Positions 1 to 9,492 of a DNA stretch of 64,000 nucleotides are shown piece by piece (the stretch's first letter is position 1; each line of letters starts with the position of its first letter). The position numbers were made by a program, and so were the translations under genes. A model generated the notes under the pieces. The model did not search any database and was not told where the DNA came from. It was given only the letters and a program-made list of their open reading frames with translations. This DNA comes from Longimicrobiales bacterium. GTDB lineage: Bacteria; Gemmatimonadota; Gemmatimonadetes; Longimicrobiales; Gaopeijiaceae. The stretch covers positions 3,680,001 to 3,744,000 of the forward strand of contig OZ250165.1 of NCBI GenBank assembly GCA_965238005.1, given 5' to 3'.

Positions 1-354
1 CGGCAGAGTAACCACGTCGGGCATGACTTCCCGCCAATACTGGTAGTTGGAGTACATCCCGCTCGTGTAAGTGTGGAGGCCGGTCAGAAGAGCTGTCCGG
101 GCCGGGTTACATGACGGTGACGGCGTGTAGGCCCGGGTGAAAACCATCCCCTCGCCGGCCAGCCTGGACAGGTTGGGGGTGATCGCTTGAGGATGCCCGC
201 CGAGCGGCTCGATCCAGTCATTCAGGTCGTCGACAGAGATGAAGAGGATGTTGGGCTGGGAGACCAGCCCATCGGGAGTGTCCCCGATTCCGCCCGAACA
301 GCTCGTGAGCATGGCGGCCGCAAGGAGGAGCCCGGATGCATACCGGCGGATCAT
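1..354 (-). CDS. Sulfatase family lipoprotein (3' part runs off the window)
   Basis: My translation of the minus strand from ATG 354 gives MIRRYASGLLLAAAMLTSC (lipobox)...QPNILFISVDDLNDW...TPNLSRLA...PSCNPARTALLTG, which contains the CxPxR formylglycine motif. Not in the ORF track because there is no stop inside the window. Confidence 0.9.
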   Translation of the reverse strand, partial: MIRRYASGLLLAAAMLTSCSGGIGDTPDGLVSQPNILFISVDDLNDWIEPLGGHPQAITPNLSRLAGEGMVFTRAYTPSPSCNPARTALLTGLHTYTSGMYSNYQYWREVMPDVVTLP

Positions 355-426
355 GCAGTCGGAAGAAGAGGGCTTATTGAACATGGTCAAGGGAAAATGT
401 ATCCGTCGCAACGTCACGATGCGACA

Positions 427-665
427 TCACAACGCGACAAAGAGGCCCGTGGCGTACATGATCATGAGGCCCGCCATGAGACCACCGGCGATCAACGGCG
501 TCCAGACGGTGTCGGGGCTTTGCCTCGCGACCATCCTGTGTAAGGCGACTACGACCTGCACGATCGCTCCGATGCCGATGCTCAAGAATAGTGTCGCCCA
601 GAGCGGGGAGTAGGCTAGGCCAGGCCCCCCAACCAAGCTCCCGCAACCGTCGGGAGGCCCGCAAC
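427..665 (-). pseudogene. C-terminal remnant of a ZIP-type metal transporter, 5'-truncated and frameshifted
   Basis: VAGLPTVAGAWLGGLA joins YSPLWATLFLSIGIGAIVQVV...GLMIMYATGLFVAL if a 5-bp duplication (taggc taggc, 611-620) is removed. There is no upstream coding sequence before the tRNA. Confidence 0.65.
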
Positions 666-701
666 AGGATCGCATAACCCTTATTTTATGCACAATCTCG
701 A

Positions 702-774
<73 letters not shown>

Positions 775-1030
775 CGGCGGTAAAAATAGCCGGTAGCCGA
801 GCGAACCTCCACGGCCGCGACACGTTCCTCAGAACATGAGGAGCACCGAGAGTGGGGTGAACCCCCAGTCGTTCTCGCGTATTCGGCCTGCAGCCGAAGC
901 TCCCGGGCTCACTGCCGAACCCAGAGGCCTGTTGCGGAGCCACTCCAATCCCTCCATTACCAATGCGTATCCCATATCCTCCCGAGGGACCCAGCACCCG
1001 GCGGGCGTCATCGCCTGCGAGGAGAGAACA

Positions 1031-2218
1031 GTGATCGAGACTGACAGCCAGAGGCAGAAGACCAGCGCCGGTGCCTAGGAGACCGCGGTCCAGGATCGCT
1101 ACGCCGACGCCGCACAGGCCCAGGCCGCGGCCCTCTGTTGTCCCGTGGACTACGATTCGAAGTACCTGGAGGTCATCCCGGACGAGGTCATCGAACGGGA
1201 CTACGGCTGCGGCGATCCCAGCCGCTACCTCAGGGAGGGTGAGACCGTCCTCGACCTGGGCAGCGGCACGGGCAAGATCTGTTTCATCGCGTCGCAAGTG
1301 GTGGGAGAAACGGGCAAGGTCATCGGCGTCGACATGACCCCCGAGATGCTGGAGGTCGCCCGTCGAAACGCGCCTGTCGTCGCTGAGCGGATCGGCTACG
1401 CCAACGTGGAGTTCCGGCGGGGCCGCATCCAGGATCTCGCCCTCGATCTGGAGCGGCTGGAGGAGCGCCTGGGCGAGCATCCGGTGTCGACCACCGAGGG
1501 CTACCTCGAGCTCGAGCGGATGACGTCGGACCTTCGGCTTCTGGAGCCCCTGGTCCCCGACGAGTCGGTCGATGTCGTCGTCTCGAACTGCGTCCTGAAC
1601 CTCGTGGCGACGGATCAGAAGCAGAACCTCTTCAGGGAGATCCACCGCATTCTGAGGACGGGCGGACGGGCGGTCATCTCGGACATCGTCTCCGACGAGC
1701 CGGTCCCCGAGGAGCTCCAGATGGACGCCGAGCTCTGGAGCGGGTGTGTCTCGGGGGCCCTCATCGAGGAGGGATTCCTCGAGGCGTTCGAAGAGGTCGG
1801 CTTCTACGGGATCCGTGTCCGGGAGCGCCAGGCCGAGCCCTGGCAGACGGTGAACGGAATCGAGTTCCGCTCGGTGACCGTGGAGGCTTTCAAGGGCAAG
1901 GAGGGCCCCTGCTGGGAGAGGATGCAGGCGGTGGTCTACCGGGGCCCCTTCAAGGAAGTGCTCGACGATGACGATCATCGCATGGAGCGAGGGAAGCGAT
2001 ACGCGGTGTGCGACAAGACCTTCCGCATCTACGGCCGGGAGCCGTACCGGGAGCACTTCGACTTCATCGAGCCGTTGGTCGAGATCCCGTTGGAAGAGGC
2101 GGAGCCCTTCGACTGCACCCGCACGACGGCGCGGCATCCCCGGGAGTCCAAGGGGATGGACTACGACGTGACCACCGACCCTCAGGGGGCTTGCTGTGAG
2201 CCAGGCGACTGCTGCTGA
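1031..2218 (+). CDS. ArsM/AS3MT-like SAM-dependent methyltransferase (in-frame TAG at 1076-1078; longest open part 1145-2218)
   Basis: Motifs CCPVDY, YGCGDP, LDLGSGTG, GVDMT, VVVSNCVLNL and WSGCVSGA, plus a C-terminal CCEPGDCC. GGAG precedes GTG 1031. The segment AVQDRY...LCCP lies upstream of the ORF-track start. Confidence 0.8.
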
Positions 2219-3179
2219 CGCTAAATCCGGTGGCGCCGTGAGCTCGAATGCCGCGCAGGCCTCGGGCGCCACGGCGGCGCCGAGCTTGCAGACGAACGCA
2301 TCCCGGTCGGAGACCGAGAGCGCGGCTCCCGCGGTCGACCTCCGGTCTTTGGACACGCTGTGGTTCCAGGTGGGAGGCACCCTCTGCAACCTCACGTGCA
2401 GCCACTGTTTCATCTCCTGCTCCCCCACGAACCACACCCACGAGCTCTTGAGCCTGGAGACGGTTCGCTCGTACCTCGACGAGGCCGTGGAGTTGGGCGT
2501 GAAGGAGTACTACTTCACGGGGGGAGAGCCCTTTATCAACCGTGACATGGAGGCCATCCTCGCCGCGACGCTCGAGGTCGGTCCCGCTACGGTCCTGACC
2601 AACGGCCTGCTCCTCGACGGGGAACGGTGCGGTCGGCTGGCCGCGTTGGCCGACGCTTCCGAGTACTCCCTCGATCTGCGCATCTCCCTCGATGGCTACA
2701 CAGCCGAGTCGAACGATCCCATTCGGGGCGAGGGGACGTTCGAGCGGATCCTCGTGGGCGCCCTCAACGCGGCGGAGGCCGGGCTCAACCCGGTCGTCAC
2801 CGTCACCGACGTCCACGAGGGCAACTCCAGCGACCAGGGGCGCACCCGCTTCCTGGAGCTCCTGGCCGGGCGAGGCATCAGACGGCCCAGGCTCAAGGTC
2901 CTGCCGGTCTTCCGCCTCGGAGCGGAGGCCGAGCGGTCCGGCCCGTACGAGAGCTGGCAGAAGCTCTCGGCGACGGACACTCCAGAGGACGGGTGGAGCC
3001 ACCTTCAGTGCTCCTCGTGTCGCATGGTCACCGACCAGGGCGTCTGGGTATGCCCCATCCTGGTAAACGAGCCCTCGGGTCGGATGGGGGAGCGCCTGGC
3101 CGACACCCTCACCGACTTTCCCCTGGACCACCAGGCGTGCTGGACCTGCCACGTCTACGGGGTGAGCTGCCGGACATGA
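2196..3179 (+). CDS. Radical SAM protein with C-terminal auxiliary Cys motifs
   Basis: CNLTCSHC (CxxxCxxC), TGGEP, LTNG, SLDG, and C-terminal CSSC..CP..CWTC. The start may instead be GTG 2238. Confidence 0.9.
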   Translation: MSQATAADAKSGGAVSSNAAQASGATAAPSLQTNASRSETESAAPAVDLRSLDTLWFQVGGTLCNLTCSHCFISCSPTNHTHELLSLETVRSYLDEAVELGVKEYYFTGGEPFINRDMEAILAATLEVGPATVLTNGLLLDGERCGRLAALADASEYSLDLRISLDGYTAESNDPIRGEGTFERILVGALNAAEAGLNPVVTVTDVHEGNSSDQGRTRFLELLAGRGIRRPRLKVLPVFRLGAEAERSGPYESWQKLSATDTPEDGWSHLQCSSCRMVTDQGVWVCPILVNEPSGRMGERLADTLTDFPLDHQACWTCHVYGVSCRT

Positions 3180-4129
3180 CCAACGCCCACAAGGGAATGG
3201 CCACGTGGGGTGAGCGTCTGGTTCCCCTGGAGGACTTCCGAGTCGCGACCACGCGCTTCGGTCGGACCCTCTCCGAGGAGGGCCGTCGGTCTGCCGTGGA
3301 GGAGTACCTGACCTCGGCCGACGATGCGACCCCCGTAGAGGGCTCATACGGGCGGATCGCCGTCTTCGGAGGGGTCTACAACAACCACTTCGGCCTCCAA
3401 GCCCTCCTGGAGGACGCCCGCCGACGTGGGGCCGAGGCCGTGTATTGTCTCGGGGATCTGGGAGGCTTCGGGCCGAACCCGGAAGCCATCTGGCCCCTCC
3501 TGGCATCAGGCGATGTGCGGTCCATCCAGGGGAACTACGAGCAGTCCCTGGCCGCCGACCGGGGGGACTGCAACTGCGGATACACCGACCCGCGGGACAA
3601 CCACTTCGCCGCCCTTTCGTACGGCTACACCGAGCGTCGCTGCTCTCCCGAGTTCAAAGCGTACATGGGGGAGCTCCCCAACAGGCGCCGGGTCGCCGTC
3701 GGGGAGGCAGAGCTGCTCCTCGTCCACGGGTCTCCAAGGCAGGTCAACGAGTTCCTCTTCGCGTCGACCTCGTCCACGCCCTACCTGGAGATATTGTGTG
3801 ACGAGAACAGGTGCGACGGGATTCTCTGCACCCACACAGGTCTCCAGTGGCACCGGCGTCTCCCTTCGGGTCGGGACGTGGTGAACGTGGGCGTCATCGG
3901 ACGACCGGCCAACGACGGCCGAACCAACGTCCGGTACGCCGTCCTCTCGGCGGAGAACGGCAGACTCCACGTCGAGCTCGTCCCGCTCGAGTACGATCAC
4001 GAGTCCCTGGCGGCCGAGATGCGCCGAGAGGAGCTTCCGGAGGAGTTCGTCGAGACGATCCTCAGCGGATGGTGGACCACCTGCCTCGAGATTCTGCCGG
4101 CCAAGGAGCGGGCGGCCTCGAGGTTTTAG
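3176..4129 (+). CDS. Calcineurin-like metallophosphoesterase-fold protein with degenerate metal motifs
   Basis: ATGA overlap with the radical SAM stop. Motifs GGVYNN, CLGDLGGFGP, GNYE, CNCGY, HGSP, THTG and NVGVIG. Confidence 0.85.
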   Translation: MTNAHKGMATWGERLVPLEDFRVATTRFGRTLSEEGRRSAVEEYLTSADDATPVEGSYGRIAVFGGVYNNHFGLQALLEDARRRGAEAVYCLGDLGGFGPNPEAIWPLLASGDVRSIQGNYEQSLAADRGDCNCGYTDPRDNHFAALSYGYTERRCSPEFKAYMGELPNRRRVAVGEAELLLVHGSPRQVNEFLFASTSSTPYLEILCDENRCDGILCTHTGLQWHRRLPSGRDVVNVGVIGRPANDGRTNVRYAVLSAENGRLHVELVPLEYDHESLAAEMRREELPEEFVETILSGWWTTCLEILPAKERAASRF

Positions 4130-4140
4130 GACGTACGTAT

Positions 4141-5391
4141 ATGACGGCATCGAAGCTACGTATCGCCATCCTGGGGAGCGGTCCCACCGGCCTGGAGGCC
4201 GCCCTGGCCGCGGCCGTCGCCGGATACCCATTCACGGTTTACGAGGCGGCGGCGCAGGCGGCGGCCCACGTGCGCGACTGGGGCCACGTCCGGCTCTTCA
4301 CCTCCTGGGACCTCAACGTCTCGGCCCGGATGCGCCAGGCGCTGGACGAGGCCGGCGAGTCTGTCCCCGAAGGGACCGAGTACCCTACGGGAGCGGAGCT
4401 GGTAGAGAAGGCACTCGATCCCGTCAGCGCTCTCTCGGCCCCCTCGGGGCACATCCAGTACAGGGTTCGCGTAGAGCGCCTGGGCCGCACCGGCCTGCTC
4501 AAGCATGAGGAGATCGGCACCGGCGAGCGCGGCCGACACGCCTTCCGACTCCTCCTCCGGGACGACTCCGGCCGGGAGTGGACCGAGGAGGCCGACGTGG
4601 TGATCGACTGCACCGGCAACACCGAGCCCAACGCCCTGGGCGACGGAGGCATCCCCGCCCCAGGTGAAGGGCGCGCATCGGAGGCCATCAGCCATGAGAT
4701 TCCGGACGTATCGGGCAACCCGGAGACCTGGGCGGGACGCACGGTGCTCGTGGTGGGCGCTGGGCACTCGGCCACGACTGCCGTCGTGGACCTCGTCAAG
4801 CTGGCCGAAAAGTACCCCGGGACCGAAGTCGCCTGGGCCATGCGACACGAAGTCCCGGAGCCCGATGTGGACGATCCGCTGGAGGAGCGGGCCGCTCTTC
4901 TCGAGAAGGGAGCCGCGCTGGCCGCCCATCCCCCATCGTGCCTCCGGGTTCGCACCGGGGTCGTGGTCGACGCCTTGACGGTGGGGGAGGGCCGGACCGT
5001 GAGAGAGGCCACCGCACCTGCCACGCCCGGCGGGTCTCCCCGAGTCGGGGCCAAACTGCGGACCCTCGACGGCCAGGTGGAGTGCCTCGACATCGACCGT
5101 ATCCTGGCGCTCACGGGGAAGGTCGGAGATCACCTCCTGTACCGGCAGCTCCAGGTGCACGAGTGCTGGGCGACGCAGGGTCCCATGAAGCTCGCGGCCG
5201 CCCTTCTGGCCCAAAGCGGCGGTAGCGGGGACTGCCTGGATCAGACAAGCCTGGGAGCCGAGACCCTCGTGCACCCCGAGCCCGGGATCTTCATCCTCGG
5301 AATCAAATCCTACGGACGTCGGAGCGACTTCCTGATGAGGGTGGGCTGGGAGCAGGTGGACGAGGTCTTCGGGCTACTGGCCGGACGCTGA
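4141..5391 (+). CDS. FAD/NAD(P)-dependent oxidoreductase, ArsO-like flavoprotein monooxygenase
   Basis: GSGPTG FAD site, WGHVRLFTSW, DCTG, GAGHSA NAD(P) site, LQVHECWAT, and GIKSYGR near the C-terminus. Confidence 0.8.
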   Translation: MTASKLRIAILGSGPTGLEAALAAAVAGYPFTVYEAAAQAAAHVRDWGHVRLFTSWDLNVSARMRQALDEAGESVPEGTEYPTGAELVEKALDPVSALSAPSGHIQYRVRVERLGRTGLLKHEEIGTGERGRHAFRLLLRDDSGREWTEEADVVIDCTGNTEPNALGDGGIPAPGEGRASEAISHEIPDVSGNPETWAGRTVLVVGAGHSATTAVVDLVKLAEKYPGTEVAWAMRHEVPEPDVDDPLEERAALLEKGAALAAHPPSCLRVRTGVVVDALTVGEGRTVREATAPATPGGSPRVGAKLRTLDGQVECLDIDRILALTGKVGDHLLYRQLQVHECWATQGPMKLAAALLAQSGGSGDCLDQTSLGAETLVHPEPGIFILGIKSYGRRSDFLMRVGWEQVDEVFGLLAGR

Positions 5392-5756
5392 CCGGCACAG
5401 CGTATCCGCCACGCCGGCATTCCGGGTCGCAGGCTCCCCGTAGAACGCATCAATGCCCCGGAATGTCGAGCAAACTTTTCCGATCCTAGGCAAAAACCTC
5501 CGGAAAGGCCGACCCCGGGGCCTAGAGAGCCGCAGGCCCGTCCCGATCCCACAAGCCACGGCCCTGCAACGGCTTAACACACGTGGAATCGTACTGCGCG
5601 CCGAGGCGGCGTGATCCTTGCATACCAATTGACACGCGAACGGCCCATCACGCCGCTCACACGACGCGGAGTCTGCCTCTGCTCCCAGCCTCAGGCCGGA
5701 CTTAAGCGCAGAAGCGCTGGACCGACCCGACCGAACTCGTCCAAAGAGGCACTGAA

Positions 5757-7076
5757 ATGATGCGAAGACACGCTGTTCCCCCCGCAGCCGTCGCATTCGC
5801 ACTGGCATTCCTGGGTTGCGAGCAGACGGCCACAGGTCCCGATCTCCTGCGAGATCTCGGACCGTCATTGGCCATCGAGGGAGTGTCCGAGTTCCCCACG
5901 ACCTCGGTTCTCGGGGGCACGTGCATCGACTCCGGATCGCCCGTGTCGTGGTGGCCCGGAGAGGACGACTTCAACGACGTGGTCGGCGAGAATCATATCG
6001 TCCGGGATAACGGAGTTGAGTTCACGGCGGGGGTCGTCGGTCAGGGATTCAGGATCAGCCCGTTCACCTCGGTGGGTCAGTCGTTCATGGAGATCGACGA
6101 CTCACCCGATCTCCAGCCCACGAACTTCACGATCGACCTGTGGGCTCAACGCTTCGGCCAGGGTCAGAACTTTGACGAATTCGGCAACATACTCGTCCAG
6201 AAGGCGATCGACGACGATGATCTGAGCGCCGGAGTGTCGTACCTCATCTCTTGGAATGACGTTAACAAAATCGTGGCGTTGCTCTCCTTTTCTGTTGGCG
6301 CTCCGGTCATACTCGAGGGGACCTCGGCGCATGGGTTTGCCGACCCAGATGCCGACCCTGCCGACCCGTTCGTTCACGTGGCCCTCACGTACGACGGCAC
6401 CACGGCCAGGCTCTACGTCAACGGCACCGTCGAAGACTACGACGCACCCGGGCGTTCCGTCGCCTACGGTGAAGGGTCGATGGTCGTCGGAGCGACCTTT
6501 GAGGCCGCTCGGACCAGATTTCCAAGATCCCCGGACGGCATCATCGACGAATTGGAGATCTTCGACTACGCTCTCACCGACGATCAGATCCGGGAGATCT
6601 ACGAGACGGAGGGCGCCTGCAAGCTACGATACGAGCCGTCCCCCGAGGTTGACATCGACATCAAGCCGGGCAGCGAAGACAACCCGATCAACCTCGGCGC
6701 CGGTGGCGGAAAGAGCGGCAAGGGCAAGGGCAAGGGCAAGGGCAAGGGGAAGGGCAACGCCAACATCCCGGTCGCCATTCTGACCACCAACGACTTTGAC
6801 GCGTCCACGGTCGACGTGTCCACCGTGACGCTGGGCGACGACGACGACGACACGGTCGGCGTGATCGTCAAGAAGAACGACACGCTCCAGGCGGCGCTCG
6901 AGGACGTGGACGACGACGGCGACCTTGATCTGCTGATGCACTTCAGCATCGCCGATCTGGTGGCCAGCGAAGATCTCGACGAGTCCACCACCCAGCTCTG
7001 TGTGAACGGGTCGAGCCTCGACCCCGATGCCATCCATGGATGCGACATGGTGGCCATCGTCGGGGGCGGCGCGTAG
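5757..7076 (+). CDS. Lipoprotein with LamG/concanavalin-like domain, GK repeat and Asp-rich Ca-binding C-terminal domain
   Basis: Lipobox FLGC; LamG-like SWWPGE...FTIDLW...HVALTYDGTTARLYVNG...GIIDELEIFDYALT; then IDIKPGS and EDVDDDGDLD. Confidence 0.8.
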   Translation: MMRRHAVPPAAVAFALAFLGCEQTATGPDLLRDLGPSLAIEGVSEFPTTSVLGGTCIDSGSPVSWWPGEDDFNDVVGENHIVRDNGVEFTAGVVGQGFRISPFTSVGQSFMEIDDSPDLQPTNFTIDLWAQRFGQGQNFDEFGNILVQKAIDDDDLSAGVSYLISWNDVNKIVALLSFSVGAPVILEGTSAHGFADPDADPADPFVHVALTYDGTTARLYVNGTVEDYDAPGRSVAYGEGSMVVGATFEAARTRFPRSPDGIIDELEIFDYALTDDQIREIYETEGACKLRYEPSPEVDIDIKPGSEDNPINLGAGGGKSGKGKGKGKGKGKGNANIPVAILTTNDFDASTVDVSTVTLGDDDDDTVGVIVKKNDTLQAALEDVDDDGDLDLLMHFSIADLVASEDLDESTTQLCVNGSSLDPDAIHGCDMVAIVGGGA

Positions 7077-7589
7077 TAGCTCCAGATACAACGAAGCCCC
7101 CCCCCCCACCGTATCGGGGCGGTCTCCCAGCGGAGGCCGCCCCATCGTTTTCTCGGATCCGCCGAACCGCTAGCTACCGGTCGTTCTCCAAGACTGGATC
7201 CACCACGAGACAATCTTTTCCAATCTCAAGAGGACGTCATTCCGTCCAACTCCCAAACGTACTGCGGGGTAATCCGCGGACACCGCTCAGGAGTCCCAGA
7301 GGGTAAAAAGGCGACTCATTGACGTTGGCAACACCATCGGATAAGAAGAAATGAAGAAATCGCGCGGAGATTCCAGTGTTTCCGCGGGGTGTCGGTCCGT
7401 GAGGCAGATGCCGCTCACGCGGCTCCTACAAAGGGAGTAGGTCGGAGAGAAATACCCGCAAGAAAGTTGTTGCGGGGCCCGAAGACCGTTGGTAACGTTT
7501 AGATAGGGAGTATGCCTCCGCTCCCCGGGTCGGCGGGGTACGTCGGCCAAGAAAAACACTTTTCGACCTCAGACTCTCCAGGAGGCGAC

Positions 7590-9281
7590 ATGCCCCGGAA
7601 GTACCGTCTTCAAGCCGTTTCCATCGTACTCGCGCTGGCGGTATTGGGGTGTGAGCAGAGTGTTACAGATGTCGTTGATTGGACGGCTGAGGCGAACCAT
7701 CCCTCTATCACGGCACTGTTGTCGCCGCTCGCGACAGGTACCGGGTTCATAGATGCGACCTTCGCAACAGACTTTAACCCTGTCGATGGAGACTATCTCT
7801 CGGGCCTTATCACAGTCGGTGGAACTTTCACTGTAGCGGCAGGTGACGTCGTCTACGTGGACGGATCAGTGGAAATCGTGGCTGCAGATGTGCTCATCGC
7901 CGGTACGCTTGACGCGAGCGGTGCGGGACCGGCCGGCGGCGCGGTGCCTTCGCTCCTCGCGGCGGGGAAGCCGGGATTCGGGACGGGCGGCGGTGCCGGC
8001 TCTGCGAGCAACTTCTTCGAAGGCCCGGGAGGCGGCGGGGGGGGATACGGCGGGGCAGGCGGTGGAGGAGGGACGACCCCTAGCACCGGGGCCCAAGCGG
8101 CCGGCGGCGCATCATACGGAGCCACGAATCCCCCCGGCATCCTCATGGGCTCGGGCGGCGGCAGCGCCAGCAGCAACTTCTTCAACCCCGGTGGAGCGGG
8201 TGGAGATGGCGGTGGCGCGATCACGATCGTCGCGACGGACATATCGGTGACCGGGATCGGAGTCATCTCGGTATCGGGCGCCGACGGCCTGGGGAGCACC
8301 GGCGGCGGACTGCCGGTGGGCGGCGGTGGTGGTGGATCGGGCGGCGGAATCTGGTTGGACGGTGCCCTGGACATCTCCGGGTCGCTCCTCGCGGTTGGAG
8401 GCGTGGGAGGGCCCGTAACGAGCAACCAACCTGGCGTCGCGACGGCAGGCGGAGGGGGCGGGGGCGGCCGGATCAAGCTCTCGGGCTGCGGCGTCATCGA
8501 CGCTGGTGCGATCGTCCTGTCCACCGGCGGCAGCCCGGGCGGGAACTCCGTCGGAAATGGCGTGAGTCTTCCCCAGCCCGGCGCGGACGGCACCACGCCC
8601 ACCGACCAAGACGATCCGCTCGAGGCCTGCGGTACGACTTCGACTTCCGCATCTTTCCTGATCATCGACGAGGAGAGCATCGGCAAAGGCAGCCCGCCGC
8701 ACTCCTTCGACGAGATGGACGTGAGCGAACACATCGCCGACATCGGGGTGCGGACCCAGCTCCCCTTCTTTGAGAGCAACGTTGGTAGTACGATCACCCT
8801 GCATACGGGCGAAGTCGGCGATGAGGGATGGTTCGCGTTAAAGACGATCCCGGACTCCTGGAATGCGGCCGGCCCGACCCCTGACGGGCTGCGGAATTAT
8901 GTGGGCAATCCGGTCGGTCCAGGCTTGGGCTCTGGGGGTGATCCAGAGGCCCTGCTGGACAAGATTCCGAACGTCACTCCCTTGCGGGCGATGGGGCTCA
9001 AGCAGTTGGTGGGGCAGCGGGTCTGCGCCGTGGTCTACAAGAGCGACGTCTCCATCAACTATGACCCACTGGACGGGAGTCTCAAGGGAGACAACCTGGG
9101 AACGGTGGCGTTTGAGGTCCTATCCGTGACAAGGTTGGACGGGTTCTCCTCGTCGTCCCTGCCGCAGGCAGAAATCGAGATCTTGGACGCCAACGACGTC
9201 TGCGAGGGGTCGCTGACTCTCTTCACGGATGCTCCTGAGCCGATCTCCTCCTCGGAACCCTTTGACGTGGACCCGTCCTAG
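7590..9281 (+). CDS. Glycine-rich lipoprotein with a C-terminal domain of unknown function
   Basis: AGGAGG RBS before ATG 7590, lipobox VLGC, repeated GGGGG/GSGGG motifs, and a globular C-terminal region of about 200 aa. Confidence 0.75.
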   Translation: MPRKYRLQAVSIVLALAVLGCEQSVTDVVDWTAEANHPSITALLSPLATGTGFIDATFATDFNPVDGDYLSGLITVGGTFTVAAGDVVYVDGSVEIVAADVLIAGTLDASGAGPAGGAVPSLLAAGKPGFGTGGGAGSASNFFEGPGGGGGGYGGAGGGGGTTPSTGAQAAGGASYGATNPPGILMGSGGGSASSNFFNPGGAGGDGGGAITIVATDISVTGIGVISVSGADGLGSTGGGLPVGGGGGGSGGGIWLDGALDISGSLLAVGGVGGPVTSNQPGVATAGGGGGGGRIKLSGCGVIDAGAIVLSTGGSPGGNSVGNGVSLPQPGADGTTPTDQDDPLEACGTTSTSASFLIIDEESIGKGSPPHSFDEMDVSEHIADIGVRTQLPFFESNVGSTITLHTGEVGDEGWFALKTIPDSWNAAGPTPDGLRNYVGNPVGPGLGSGGDPEALLDKIPNVTPLRAMGLKQLVGQRVCAVVYKSDVSINYDPLDGSLKGDNLGTVAFEVLSVTRLDGFSSSSLPQAEIEILDANDVCEGSLTLFTDAPEPISSSEPFDVDPS

Positions 9282-9492
9282 AAGGAGGCCATAGCGGGCG
9301 AAGAATTGGCGGCGAAGTAGCCTGTCGTCGTTAGAGGACGAATTGACAGGGCCTGGTCAAGGTCACCACAGGGATCAACGGGAAGGGATAGCCAGGACGA
9401 CATCTTCCCCTCCGGCGCCGCCCCGGTCCAGCTCCTGGGAGCCTCGGTCCATCCAACGAAGACGGTGTCGGCCTCCACAGGAGGCCACCCCG

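Noticed and set aside
1076..1078. Genome-wide stop-codon reassignment or pyrrolysine
   Set aside because: TAG and TGA both terminate many conserved genes at the expected positions in this window, and no pyl genes are present here.
5480..5550. Possible c-di-GMP-I riboswitch (GGCAAA...GAAA) upstream of the LamG lipoprotein
   Set aside because: The P2 stem and the GCAAAG/P3 elements could not be built. An Rfam scan would settle it.
7097..7107. C11 tract as a phase-variation site
   Set aside because: It lies downstream of a stop codon in a probable terminator hairpin, not in a coding or evident promoter position.
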